Positions 43,444-53,312 of a DNA stretch of 64,000 nucleotides are shown piece by piece (the first letter of the stretch is position 1; every line of letters begins with the position of its first letter). This DNA comes from a virus, in IMG/VR virus record IMGVR_UViG_3300022188_000007, positions 64,001 to 128,000 of that record; one strand, 5' to 3'. Both the position numbers and the translations under genes were made by a program. The notes under the pieces are model-generated. The model made no database searches and had not been told where the DNA came from. It worked only from the letters and a program-made list of their open reading frames with translations.

Positions 43444-46422
43444 ATGTTTGAAAATATAAGGGTTAACAACCCTAACTTTTGTATAGGCCCACAAACTGGA
43501 ACGTATTGTTCAGTGGATTCAGATAATGACCCAGTAGTCATGCATGTAAGGAATGATAACGGGGAGTTAATAAGAACATATGGATTTTATGAGCCAGGGA
43601 TATTAGAATCAGGCCCTTATGAATATGAGGATGACACGCCCATTAGTTCTACGGGTTATTTCTATAATGAGTTTGTTACCATTAAATATATTGGCCCAAA
43701 GGACCAAGATTCTTATTTTGACGGTGCAGTATTTTATACATTAGAAAGACGTGCCAAAGTGTATAGAGAATTTTATACTTTTGAACGTGAGATGGATGTA
43801 GAAGGTCATCCATATGAACTAATAGATCCGGTTAAACCTGAAAATATAGATGATATAGTATTACCTCGCCCCACTCCTTATGAGGCCTATAATCTTAATG
43901 AAGCTCTAGGTTACCTACCTACAGATGACCATCCAGAATACAGTAGTAATATAATACGTAGATGGGTACTTGACGAAGCTAACGCCAGGTTAGTTTTAAA
44001 TTCTACCACAATAAAAAACTCAAATGACACGGATTGGTTTGGCGGAGACGCTTTTGCGGTACTACATACTGTATCTCCTATGACAGATCATACCGCGAAA
44101 GGCTCAGGCCAAATTTCTATCCCCACCACAACCACTTCAGGTCTAAAAAAATATGACACAATAATGTTAGGTCCCTCTGCTGATCAAGATAATGTTGGTG
44201 AGATAGAGGAAGTTTATGTACATAGTATAGATGGAGAAACAGTTGTAGTTAAGACTTATGAGGGATATATTCCTCCCAAGTACGACTATATGGAAGGTGA
44301 TTCTGTAACCACCTTTGGGGATATCCTTTTGTTTGGAAATACCAGGCCTGTAATTAACGAGATTCAGGTCGAATACACTACAGCTACGTCATTTGGTACA
44401 TTATTTCATTTAGACCAGACTAATTATGGGGAAGTTTCCCATAGAGAATATAGTGGGGTGTATGGTGACATACACGCCGCAGTTTGGAATGTGTATATGA
44501 ATACACTTAGTTTTGTTAAAGGTACAAATTTATTTCATATGGATATAGATGATTATGAAATAACCAGGTCACAGAATTTAGGTTTAGAGTACCCCGTTAC
44601 GAATGAATTAATAGTATTGTATGATCTAGATATAAAAGATGTGACTATCTATAGATTACAAGATGAGGTCATAAAAAAAGATGACTCGGGGCAATACGCT
44701 AAAGTAGGTTGGGACACTTATAATTACCATGCGGATTCTTTATTACCTTATTCTTTTTCTATAGCTTTACAGGCAGATAAAAATGTTTTGATGGTCGCTA
44801 ATAGATCCAATATCACTGCTACTGTAAGAGATCAATTCGGTGTAGGGCTTATTAATAAAAATATATGGTTCACCACTGAAGGTGATGCCGGAGCAGTAAT
44901 ACAGCCTGTAGACGGGTATGGACAGTCAGACCCCGATGGTCAAGCCTTTTTAATATATGATTCTGGCTATAATTCACAAGCACAAGTACAAATTAAAGTT
45001 GTAGTGGATGGCGGAAACATCACTTACGGCACCTCTTTTGTTAATGGGGTTATAAATTTAACTCAACATAATGAGTTCCTGACGGAAATGCAAGCAGTAA
45101 ATATAAATGATTTTTCTAGTGGATGCGCTGTACTTACTAAGAAGTACTTAATACCCTCTCAAGTTAAGGGTGCCCCAGTCCAGCGCCAAACCACAGTTCC
45201 AGCCTGTGATGGAACCATAGCGCTTAAACAAGTTGTTTCTTTTATGTTCCCAAGAAATGACCTATTAATGGAGGAGGATTGGCCGGATTATGGGGATCTT
45301 CTTAAGTACCCTTTTTTAATAAAACTACACGCTGAACCTGATATGCACCGAATCTTGCCCGGACTTATAGATGTAGAAGGTTTTTACAATGAATGTAGCA
45401 GCATGGCGGTAACTGTTATTAAATTGTTACTATGTAGTAATGATAGGGAGGAGAGTTACCTTAATATACCTGCTATTTCTGAGGGATTTTCTGAACATTA
45501 TCTCAGTCAAAACTATATTAGTAGGCATTTATTATATGGACACACTGCTATTGTATCATTAGACCAGTTTACTTTTGTACAAGAAGCAGTTCCAGCTATG
45601 TGGTCTGAGAAGAATAATGTGACCACCGATTACTGGATTAGGCTTCGCCCTTTTGCTAGTGATTTGGACCCTACTACTCTTGTAATAAAATTTAAGGAAG
45701 AGTCTTACTTAGGAATGGGAGAATGGTATGAGGTGACTATAGATGGGGTAATAACTATGTTTGATGCTGGAGGAGGATTAAATGGTATTGATTTTTATTA
45801 TATACCTCCAGTTGTTTTTCATCATAACGCAATTGTATATGTTTCTATTGAAGTATATGACACTTCTAATATACCAAATAAAATTTTAGTAGATTACTGG
45901 TTTAAATTAATACCTGATTTTAAAGCTCCTCATTTAGACAAGTATTTCCCAGCAATAGAAGAGCCCGAAGCTAATATCAACACACCTATTACATTTGATT
46001 GTTTAGATGTGGGTGAGGGTGTAGATATTGATACTTTAGAGATATTTGTTAATAATAGATCAACTACATTTGAGTACAATGAGTTTGAACCAGGGAACTA
46101 CCATATTACATGTAATCTTTCTTATATTTTTTATTACGGTCAGACAGTTAACGTGGTAGTTGATGTAAAAGATAGATCAGCTAATTCTAATAGATTGTTT
46201 GATGGTTGGAAATTTTTTATTACAGAAAGTTCCACACCTTGGTTTAATATGAATAACACAGAGCCTCGCCGTTGTATAGAGGGTCTTCGTAGAGACCAAG
46301 ATGTGTCTTTACAAGTTTATGGTGTAGATGACACTGGGATTAAATATGATAGTTTAAGACTAGAAGTTGGAGGTCGTTATAGAACTATTAAGATAATACC
46401 TATTGTCTATAGATTAAGCTAA
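43444..46422 (+). CDS. Large virion protein, paralog 3, with Big_1 plus further Ig-like domains
   Basis: ENIRV N-terminus, LGPS...EEVYV, IYRLQD, ITATVRDQFG...SDPDGQA; C-terminal 'PDFKAP...DVGEGVDIDTLEIFVN' Ig repeats. Confidence 0.6.
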   Translation: MFENIRVNNPNFCIGPQTGTYCSVDSDNDPVVMHVRNDNGELIRTYGFYEPGILESGPYEYEDDTPISSTGYFYNEFVTIKYIGPKDQDSYFDGAVFYTLERRAKVYREFYTFEREMDVEGHPYELIDPVKPENIDDIVLPRPTPYEAYNLNEALGYLPTDDHPEYSSNIIRRWVLDEANARLVLNSTTIKNSNDTDWFGGDAFAVLHTVSPMTDHTAKGSGQISIPTTTTSGLKKYDTIMLGPSADQDNVGEIEEVYVHSIDGETVVVKTYEGYIPPKYDYMEGDSVTTFGDILLFGNTRPVINEIQVEYTTATSFGTLFHLDQTNYGEVSHREYSGVYGDIHAAVWNVYMNTLSFVKGTNLFHMDIDDYEITRSQNLGLEYPVTNELIVLYDLDIKDVTIYRLQDEVIKKDDSGQYAKVGWDTYNYHADSLLPYSFSIALQADKNVLMVANRSNITATVRDQFGVGLINKNIWFTTEGDAGAVIQPVDGYGQSDPDGQAFLIYDSGYNSQAQVQIKVVVDGGNITYGTSFVNGVINLTQHNEFLTEMQAVNINDFSSGCAVLTKKYLIPSQVKGAPVQRQTTVPACDGTIALKQVVSFMFPRNDLLMEEDWPDYGDLLKYPFLIKLHAEPDMHRILPGLIDVEGFYNECSSMAVTVIKLLLCSNDREESYLNIPAISEGFSEHYLSQNYISRHLLYGHTAIVSLDQFTFVQEAVPAMWSEKNNVTTDYWIRLRPFASDLDPTTLVIKFKEESYLGMGEWYEVTIDGVITMFDAGGGLNGIDFYYIPPVVFHHNAIVYVSIEVYDTSNIPNKILVDYWFKLIPDFKAPHLDKYFPAIEEPEANINTPITFDCLDVGEGVDIDTLEIFVNNRSTTFEYNEFEPGNYHITCNLSYIFYYGQTVNVVVDVKDRSANSNRLFDGWKFFITESSTPWFNMNNTEPRRCIEGLRRDQDVSLQVYGVDDTGIKYDSLRLEVGGRYRTIKIIPIVYRLS

Positions 46423-46424
46423 TA

Positions 46425-46445
46425 AAGTAACCTAATTATATATAG
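46425..46445 (+). promoter_or_regulatory. Candidate phage promoter/operator AAGTAACCTAAT-N4-TATAG (second copy)
   Basis: 17 of 21 positions identical to 36710-36730; intergenic, upstream of AAGGAG. Confidence 0.5.
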
Positions 46446-46462
46446 GAAGATAAGGAGAAACA

Positions 46463-47167
46463 ATGTCAGAACCTATTTTAACATTTTTGTATAATTATTC
46501 AGAGAGTGACACACCATACCCAGGTACTGGAGAGGCTGCTGCCGATTGGCACAGTATTTTTTTAGCTACTGGATCTGGGGTTAGTCCTGATAGAAAAGTG
46601 TATACTGGTGGAGGAATTCATCAGTCATTACCTACACCTACTGCTATTTATGGTAGAAGAGAGGCAACTTTACGACCAACTGTAGGAACATATCCAGTGC
46701 CTCAGATTTATATTGAATCTGAACTTGATAATATAATGTATCATGTGCCTTTAGCTAGTGGCCAACCAAACACTAATAGGTTTGTTTTTGGTGTTTATGT
46801 AGATGGTTTAATAACTAGTGATTTATATCTTGAGATGTGGGATGATGTTACTTTTTCAACATCTTCTATACCTACTTTATCTGGATCTATAAATTATCCT
46901 CATTCAGTTTTTAATGCCATTAGTACTACAGATTCAGCTCCTCCTGAATTTTGGACAGGTGCTGATCTTGTTACTACTTCAGGAACTGTTGTTTCAGGTA
47001 CTCCAGGAGCAGTATGTTTAGCAGGTTATACTAATAGATTAAGATTAAAAGATGCCGATGAGATACAAAATGAATGCTTATACTATAGTATGTATGCGGC
47101 TATACCATGGGATCTTGATTTTACACATGATAGACCGATAGAATCTTATAGATATTTATATATATAA
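46463..47167 (+). CDS. Hypothetical virion protein
   Basis: AAGGAG RBS; 'LYLEMWDDVTFST' resembles 'CRLTAWDDDTHST' in 47647..49320. Confidence 0.55.
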   Translation: MSEPILTFLYNYSESDTPYPGTGEAAADWHSIFLATGSGVSPDRKVYTGGGIHQSLPTPTAIYGRREATLRPTVGTYPVPQIYIESELDNIMYHVPLASGQPNTNRFVFGVYVDGLITSDLYLEMWDDVTFSTSSIPTLSGSINYPHSVFNAISTTDSAPPEFWTGADLVTTSGTVVSGTPGAVCLAGYTNRLRLKDADEIQNECLYYSMYAAIPWDLDFTHDRPIESYRYLYI

Positions 47168-47179
47168 AGGAACTTAATA

Positions 47180-47632
47180 ATGGATAAAAGAGTAAAACCA
47201 ATAAAAGGTTTAGACGCAGTAGATGGTGCTATATATGGTAAACATAATAGAGCCAAGATGGTTAATCCATATAAATCATATTTTATTGTACACTACGATG
47301 ATGGTGCTATATTTAAAGGTAAGAATTTATATGATACAGGCTGGCATAGTGTTAGACATGGTATTAAAACTTTACAATATAAGTTGTCTACTGGGCATTT
47401 AATTACTATTCCAAAATTTCAAGGCTATTTACCTACTATAGAAGTAAGTGAGTCAATAGAGGGCTTTAAGCTATTTCATGCTATCCATGTTAATTGTATA
47501 GCACATGATAAAACAATGAAGTATAAAATAATTTTGAAACAGGATAACATAAGTAAATATAATATAGGAGATATAATAGTCTCAACCTCGACTAAAAGGA
47601 TGAAGTCATCCCAATGGAAGATGGCTGTATAA
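47180..47632 (+). CDS. Hypothetical basic protein
   Basis: AAGGA RBS; 150 aa. Confidence 0.6.
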   Translation: MDKRVKPIKGLDAVDGAIYGKHNRAKMVNPYKSYFIVHYDDGAIFKGKNLYDTGWHSVRHGIKTLQYKLSTGHLITIPKFQGYLPTIEVSESIEGFKLFHAIHVNCIAHDKTMKYKIILKQDNISKYNIGDIIVSTSTKRMKSSQWKMAV

Positions 47633-47646
47633 AGGAGCTTAAATAG

Positions 47647-49320
47647 ATGGCAGTAACTATAATAAAAAATTTCTGGAATGGGACCGAGTATAAGAGTATC
47701 GCAAAGATAGTTTTTACTAGTCCTAATTTTACTAGTCCTTATCAGGCCGGTACCAGGTCTCATATGCAACCGGGCGGCCTATACATGGGGACTTGGTATG
47801 AAGCAGTCGACTTCATGTACAGACAACTAGTTAATCAGGATTACGTCGAGCTACCTGATGAAATGGAAGGTTTCTTTGGTAGAGTCACTGTAGACGGTGC
47901 ATTTGATTTCTCTACTGATACTACTTTAACAGTTCTACATGAGTACGGCAATACCTTTGATTTAGAAGGTCCAGGGGCATACCCTAATATACTATATAGA
48001 GATAGGGATAATTATGGCTCTATTGTTAGTGCGTCAGGCACTGGCACAGCTCCTAATGGACAAACGATAACGGATATAATACTCACCGACGTAGTAGGTG
48101 ACGCAATATTGAATGAGTGGGGAAATAATACAACTAGTGGTACAATAATTGATACTATTACAGGGCTTGCTAACCCAGTAGGTGAGCTTACTACTCTTTC
48201 CGAAATTTATACCACTACTGTGATTGCTAATGATGAGTTTAGTTCTGATTTATCAGGAGATATAACTGCAGCTGTGAGTGGTATCATGTACAGTGTGGAA
48301 AATGAGACTGTAAGTGGCACTTTAAATGGCGAATTCAGCGGTCTCTTTACGGGAGTTGTAGCTGACGGTTTAGGTACTCCAGCATCCAGTACTATATCTA
48401 GTGCAGTTTCTGTAGCAGCTACCGGTCATGATTATGGTACAACCCTTAGTGGTATTTTAGAGACTTCAATAGCTGAAACTATGTCACCTATAGGTGAAGT
48501 TATGACTACCTCTGTAAGCGGTATGGTTACTACATATACAAGTGACTCAACCTATACAACTATCAGCGGTCTGGTAGGCGGAGAGTTAAGTGGTACAGTA
48601 ATTAGTGGTACAGTGTATCCTAATGTGTCCGGCACGCTTTCGGGCACGGTTACAGGCATCTTAGAAGGGCATGATTTTATTAATGATGTTGATGTCTATA
48701 GCAGTGTTTCAGGTACCATGGTTATACCACTTACAGGACTTGAACATGTAATGTTTAATTCTACAGACACATGTAGTATCTCTGGGGTAGTAACTGGGCC
48801 AATAAGTGGAACAGTAAGTGGTACAATAGAAGGTAGTTTTGTTAAACCTTCCGAACTTTTATACCATCAGTATTCCGATGCTTACATTAATGAAGCCTCA
48901 ACTGTACCTAGGCCTCGTAGACACCATGGAGAAAATTCTATAATATTTTCAATTACCTTTGGGGAAGCCTATGATTGTAGACTTACAGCTTGGGACGATG
49001 ATACGCACTCTACAACACTTAATAAAGTATTGACCGAGGAACATTATAGAGTTGATGCAGCAACCTATAGATCTAATATGGCGGATACTGCACATTCTCC
49101 TACTTTTAGGAAGACTAATAATTTAGTATTTCCTCCTGCAATCGATGTAGTACTGAAAGGTGACGAGAGATACTATGGTAATTTTGATTTAATCTTCTCC
49201 ATAGAGGCAGATGAGTATGGAGAGTATTTAGCATTTATACCGAGGTTGGTAGATATAGATGAGTCATTTATTGCAGGGAGTTATGATTTTGTGACTACAT
49301 TGCATTACCAATATACTTAA
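47647..49320 (+). CDS. Virion protein with a central Ser/Gly/Thr-rich ([VILT]SG[TV]) repeat region
   Basis: AAGGAG RBS; many xSGx units between ~48020 and 48840. Confidence 0.6.
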   Translation: MAVTIIKNFWNGTEYKSIAKIVFTSPNFTSPYQAGTRSHMQPGGLYMGTWYEAVDFMYRQLVNQDYVELPDEMEGFFGRVTVDGAFDFSTDTTLTVLHEYGNTFDLEGPGAYPNILYRDRDNYGSIVSASGTGTAPNGQTITDIILTDVVGDAILNEWGNNTTSGTIIDTITGLANPVGELTTLSEIYTTTVIANDEFSSDLSGDITAAVSGIMYSVENETVSGTLNGEFSGLFTGVVADGLGTPASSTISSAVSVAATGHDYGTTLSGILETSIAETMSPIGEVMTTSVSGMVTTYTSDSTYTTISGLVGGELSGTVISGTVYPNVSGTLSGTVTGILEGHDFINDVDVYSSVSGTMVIPLTGLEHVMFNSTDTCSISGVVTGPISGTVSGTIEGSFVKPSELLYHQYSDAYINEASTVPRPRRHHGENSIIFSITFGEAYDCRLTAWDDDTHSTTLNKVLTEEHYRVDAATYRSNMADTAHSPTFRKTNNLVFPPAIDVVLKGDERYYGNFDLIFSIEADEYGEYLAFIPRLVDIDESFIAGSYDFVTTLHYQYT

Positions 49321-49335
49321 AGGAGTATATTACTT

Positions 49336-50994
49336 ATGCCTTTACAGGACCATGAAATACCTACGATTGTTATTGTAGGGCCACTAGACTCACATGAAGC
49401 CGATATAGCCTCTAATGTAGTATATAGTACTACTGATAGTGGCACAACTTCAATATTCATGGACTACTCTAAGTATAACGCAGATTTCACTGATACAGAC
49501 AATACAGAGGTAGAGGTAACTACACTGGATACAGAAGTTTCTTATACATCTATTATTGATACACTTGAGGTGGCTGATTTAAAGGATAAGGCATTAGACA
49601 TAGTAAGTACTGCATTTTTAGCAAAGAAAAACTCTTTTGCATATGATATAGATACTGAGTGGTATTTAAGCCCATATATTAGTACTGTATCTAATGACAC
49701 TTATATGGATTTTAGGATCAATTTAGGGGTAATACCTATTAGAGATGATATAAATGTAGACATGTTTTTTTCTAATGTGACCTACTACAGTTGTACTGCT
49801 GATCTTTATTGTTGTCTTACAGATACACCTAGGATAATAGACATAGATGTGAAGCAAGGAGATGGTAGGATAACTAGATTATCAACTGATATTTATACTG
49901 CTACTTTTGATACCTCATACTTAAATGCATCTGTTTATAGCACTGCGATGGGGATGGCTCCATCAGGCTCTAATAAACACTGTTGCTCGTATTCAGGTAT
50001 ATCGTGTTCCGGTACTGATTACCCAGGTGCCACTTTTTGCTCCACAACGTATTCTGGGTTGTTGGCTTTATGTAGTACATACTCTGGTTGTGTATATGAA
50101 GCATTAGATTACTGTATACGCACATGTTCAGGTACTTCATACTATGGCAGTGTACAGAATGATTTGGGTTATTGTATAAACACATACTCTGGTACTACGT
50201 ATTCTGGGGCAACGTACTCTGGATGTACATATGATTATTTGGATTATCGTGTTGATACTTATCCTAGAGGTATTCTTTCTGATTTAGAAGTAAGTACTGG
50301 GGGTATAACTTTGATTAATTTAGATATTTATTCTACATCGCTAGGATTATCAGCACCGACTTCAGTAGATTTTAAGACTAGAAGTCTTTTTACCGGAGAT
50401 TTTTTTGTAGAAAGAGACCAATTTGTAACAGCGTCTTCGATTGCTTGGGTAGATGTTATAGATTATTTATACCCTATTAATACTGATAACACTTTTTTCT
50501 ATGTAGAGGGTGTTTTAGCAAGCGGAGTTTATTTTGAAGACATACCAAATGGTAAACGGATGTATTATAACCCATTGAATGATTTTTACTCTGATGGAGT
50601 ATTGAATTATTCTATTCATGTAGAGAATAGTATGGGTGAAGTAGAAGAAAAGGATTTTTATTTTCTATATGGCTATGATTTACAGCTAGATGAGGTAGTT
50701 GATTGGGGTCCTAATAAACAGGTATTAGTTAGAGCAGAAGCAGGTAACTTAGTGTTTTGTCCTGGTTTAGCTGGAGCAGCTTTTGAGTTTGGAACGGTTG
50801 ATTTAACATCGTTTAATTTAGGTTGTTCAATAACACCGGTAGGTTTTGAAGATCTGACTTTTAAAATAGTACCTCAAAGTACAGTATTTTTCTATGGAAA
50901 GACTTATACTGTGAGGTTACACAATGTAAAAGATTTTGCGGGAAATACTATGCCAGATTTAGAATATGAATTTACTATAGAGGACCCAAACTAA
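49336..50994 (+). CDS. Virion protein with Cys/Tyr-rich TYSG repeat insert and C-terminal Ig-like domains
   Basis: TYSG/CSG repeats at ~49975-50265; C-terminal 'YGKTYTVRLHNVKDFAGNTMPDLEYEFTI' is Big_5-like. Confidence 0.6.
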   Translation: MPLQDHEIPTIVIVGPLDSHEADIASNVVYSTTDSGTTSIFMDYSKYNADFTDTDNTEVEVTTLDTEVSYTSIIDTLEVADLKDKALDIVSTAFLAKKNSFAYDIDTEWYLSPYISTVSNDTYMDFRINLGVIPIRDDINVDMFFSNVTYYSCTADLYCCLTDTPRIIDIDVKQGDGRITRLSTDIYTATFDTSYLNASVYSTAMGMAPSGSNKHCCSYSGISCSGTDYPGATFCSTTYSGLLALCSTYSGCVYEALDYCIRTCSGTSYYGSVQNDLGYCINTYSGTTYSGATYSGCTYDYLDYRVDTYPRGILSDLEVSTGGITLINLDIYSTSLGLSAPTSVDFKTRSLFTGDFFVERDQFVTASSIAWVDVIDYLYPINTDNTFFYVEGVLASGVYFEDIPNGKRMYYNPLNDFYSDGVLNYSIHVENSMGEVEEKDFYFLYGYDLQLDEVVDWGPNKQVLVRAEAGNLVFCPGLAGAAFEFGTVDLTSFNLGCSITPVGFEDLTFKIVPQSTVFFYGKTYTVRLHNVKDFAGNTMPDLEYEFTIEDPN

Positions 50995-51007
50995 ATAGGA
51001 GAAGGCT

Positions 51008-51220
51008 TTGAATAAATTAACTTATAAGTTAGTAGAAGATCAATTTGATTTAAGAGGCTACAAGTTACTTTCTAAAAAATATAAATCTAATAGAATTAAA
51101 CTAGATTATGTTTGTAGTGAAGGACATTATAGTAGTTGTAACTCAAGAGCTAACTCAGAAAGAGAATGGCACGAGGCTTGGTATAAAGCGATAATATTAA
51201 GGAGGAGTAAATTATGGTAG
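51008..51220 (+). pseudogene. Internally deleted HNH endonuclease remnant (mini-HNH, still in frame)
   Basis: First 40 aa match the N-terminus of 1913..2785 (KLT...QF...Y.LLS..Y......KLD.VC..GH) and join directly to that protein's C-terminus (SCNSRAN..R.WH.AWYKAII). Confidence 0.85.
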
Positions 51221-52788
51221 CGATCACAAGGTGGATTTCTTTTCCGGCAGATGCTGGAGGAGAAGTTACAGACGGTAATGGAAGCACGTATAAGGGTAAG
51301 CAAGGTTATAGTAGAGCAACTGCTAGTGTAGCAGATACTTTTACAATAGGCCCGACATCTAATAGATTATATGTTTCAATAGATGGAGATACAGGTCCGT
51401 ATATAACTATGTATTCAGGAACAAACCTTGACCCAAGATTTTTGGCAAAAGATATTACTGAGAAGATGCATGATTTAGGTAAAAATAATGATAGATGGGA
51501 TGCGGCCAAATGTGTTTGGACAAACAATAAAGCAGAGGGTAATTGTTTTGAGATATACTCAGGTACATTGGGCTCTTCGTCTAGTGTTGTAATTACTACT
51601 GGTGGCTCTAACGATGGCTCTGCTTTGTTAGGTTATGCAACTGCCATGGAGCAAGGTGGTTTAGCAGACTCTAATGGTTTTACAGGGGATATAACGGTTA
51701 CAGGGGACTACTATGGATTTTTGGATGAAACTTACACAATAGTAATTACAAATGATTCATATAGTGAAGCAGGGGTGGCTCCTAGGGGAATTGGGACTCC
51801 AGTAAAAGATTCATCTAATAGTTATGATGGTTCAATGATGACCGGAGGTGTATTTAATGGACCTTCCGATTTAACCTACACTATAAATGTAGATGTAACT
51901 AATGGCTCTACTATGGGTGGTGGATGGGGAAATGTTCCAAGAATATCTTGGGTATCTACAGGTAGTGATTCTTCAACAGTTAGTACTGAATTACTTTTTC
52001 CTAATTACTGGTACAAAGTAGGTGATTACGGGTTAATGGTTAAATTTACTGACGCAGTATTTAATCAAGTTAGTCCTGCATGGACTATAGGTTGTAAAAA
52101 ACCGGATTACGTGGGGGGAACTAATGCTTCGGGTCCCGTAGCCACAGCAGAGTATGTTTGGGCATCAGACCGTGGAGAGATGAGTTCATCTCCCTTTTTG
52201 ACTTCTTCAGGTGTAGCTACTCAATTAGGTACCAGGGGCCTATCAGTGGTATTTAATCCTAATGGGTCGGACAATTTTAATGCTGGGGACGAATTCCGTG
52301 TAATTTGTACTGCCCCTAAACCTACTAGTTATAACATAACTAGCCTTAACTACGGTAATGTTACGGTCAGTACGGAGTCCAGTGTAAAATGTGTGGTATT
52401 TGAAATTGAAGCTGGAGCGGTAGAAATGTCTACTGTAAAGTTCGGTCTTCAAAATCATGGGACTTTTAGTCATCACGATGCAGGTAATAACGATACTGAG
52501 TTTAGGTTTGGAACTGTAGGGCCTGATAATACTTCAGGGTCTAATCCATCGAATGGTATCGAATGGTGGCCTAATGTAGTTCCTGGTGATATAGATGATA
52601 ATACTGCACCAACTTATTTGTATAATACAAAAGCTAATTTATCTGTTGTATCTACGGCAGATGACAGTGAGAGTATAGGTAATACGGGATTAATGTCTGA
52701 TCCAATTTGGACAGGAATTCGACTTGGAAGTTCAGAAACAGGCGCTAATAGTACTATCAACATGCGTCTTTACTTCGATTATAGTTGA
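51214..52788 (+). CDS. Virion structural protein (Gly/Ser/Thr/Asn-rich, beta)
   Basis: AAGGAGG RBS inside the HNH remnant; N-terminal domain shared with 38371..39351. Confidence 0.6.
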   Translation: MVAITRWISFPADAGGEVTDGNGSTYKGKQGYSRATASVADTFTIGPTSNRLYVSIDGDTGPYITMYSGTNLDPRFLAKDITEKMHDLGKNNDRWDAAKCVWTNNKAEGNCFEIYSGTLGSSSSVVITTGGSNDGSALLGYATAMEQGGLADSNGFTGDITVTGDYYGFLDETYTIVITNDSYSEAGVAPRGIGTPVKDSSNSYDGSMMTGGVFNGPSDLTYTINVDVTNGSTMGGGWGNVPRISWVSTGSDSSTVSTELLFPNYWYKVGDYGLMVKFTDAVFNQVSPAWTIGCKKPDYVGGTNASGPVATAEYVWASDRGEMSSSPFLTSSGVATQLGTRGLSVVFNPNGSDNFNAGDEFRVICTAPKPTSYNITSLNYGNVTVSTESSVKCVVFEIEAGAVEMSTVKFGLQNHGTFSHHDAGNNDTEFRFGTVGPDNTSGSNPSNGIEWWPNVVPGDIDDNTAPTYLYNTKANLSVVSTADDSESIGNTGLMSDPIWTGIRLGSSETGANSTINMRLYFDYS

Positions 52789-52819
52789 TCGTTACAATAA
52801 TTATATTATGGTTAAGTAC

Positions 52820-52847
52820 TTGACATTTAATTAGGGTTACTTATATT
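52820..52847 (+). promoter_or_regulatory. Sigma70-like promoter TTGACA-N16-TATATT
   Basis: Perfect -35, 5/6 match to -10, intergenic, followed by AAGGAG and the ATG at 52863. Confidence 0.55.
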
Positions 52848-52862
52848 AAGAAGGAGTAATGG

Positions 52863-53078
52863 ATGAAATCAAAAATTTATTTAAAGGAAGTAGTGGATAA
52901 TAAATACAGGAAGTTTGGATCTAACCTGGAATATTATCCTGTTAGATTAGAAAATAATGATGGCTCTTTTACTGATGCTTTATTCACAAAGGGTCAGTTG
53001 GAGCGTGCAATAAAAAGAGCAATAGTTAACCCCGAAGATATACCAGAATTAACTTTTCTGCAAAGTATTTTCGGATAG
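52863..53078 (+). CDS. Hypothetical protein (71 aa)
   Basis: AAGGAG RBS; downstream of the promoter. Confidence 0.65.
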   Translation: MKSKIYLKEVVDNKYRKFGSNLEYYPVRLENNDGSFTDALFTKGQLERAIKRAIVNPEDIPELTFLQSIFG

Positions 53079-53094
53079 ATAAGGAGTAGTACAT

Positions 53095-53292
53095 ATGCCG
53101 TTATATGAATTTGAGTGTGAATGTGGGAACGCATTAGATAGATTAGTACCTATGGGGACTAGCTCTATTCAATGCGAGGATTGTGGAAAGGATATGAAAA
53201 AAATTATTTCAAGATCTAGTTTTATTTTGAAAGGGCCTGGATGGGCATTTGATAACTATGGTTTAAAGGGTACTAAAAAAACCAACAAATAA
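53095..53292 (+). CDS. FmdB-family zinc-ribbon protein
   Basis: 'MPLYEFECECG...CEDCG..MKKIISRSSFILKGPGWAFDNY' matches the family pattern MPxYEYxC..CG...CPxCG...S..F.LKGSGW...DY. Confidence 0.85.
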   Translation: MPLYEFECECGNALDRLVPMGTSSIQCEDCGKDMKKIISRSSFILKGPGWAFDNYGLKGTKKTNK

Positions 53293-53312
53293 TATATAAG
53301 GGGTGCAACTAT

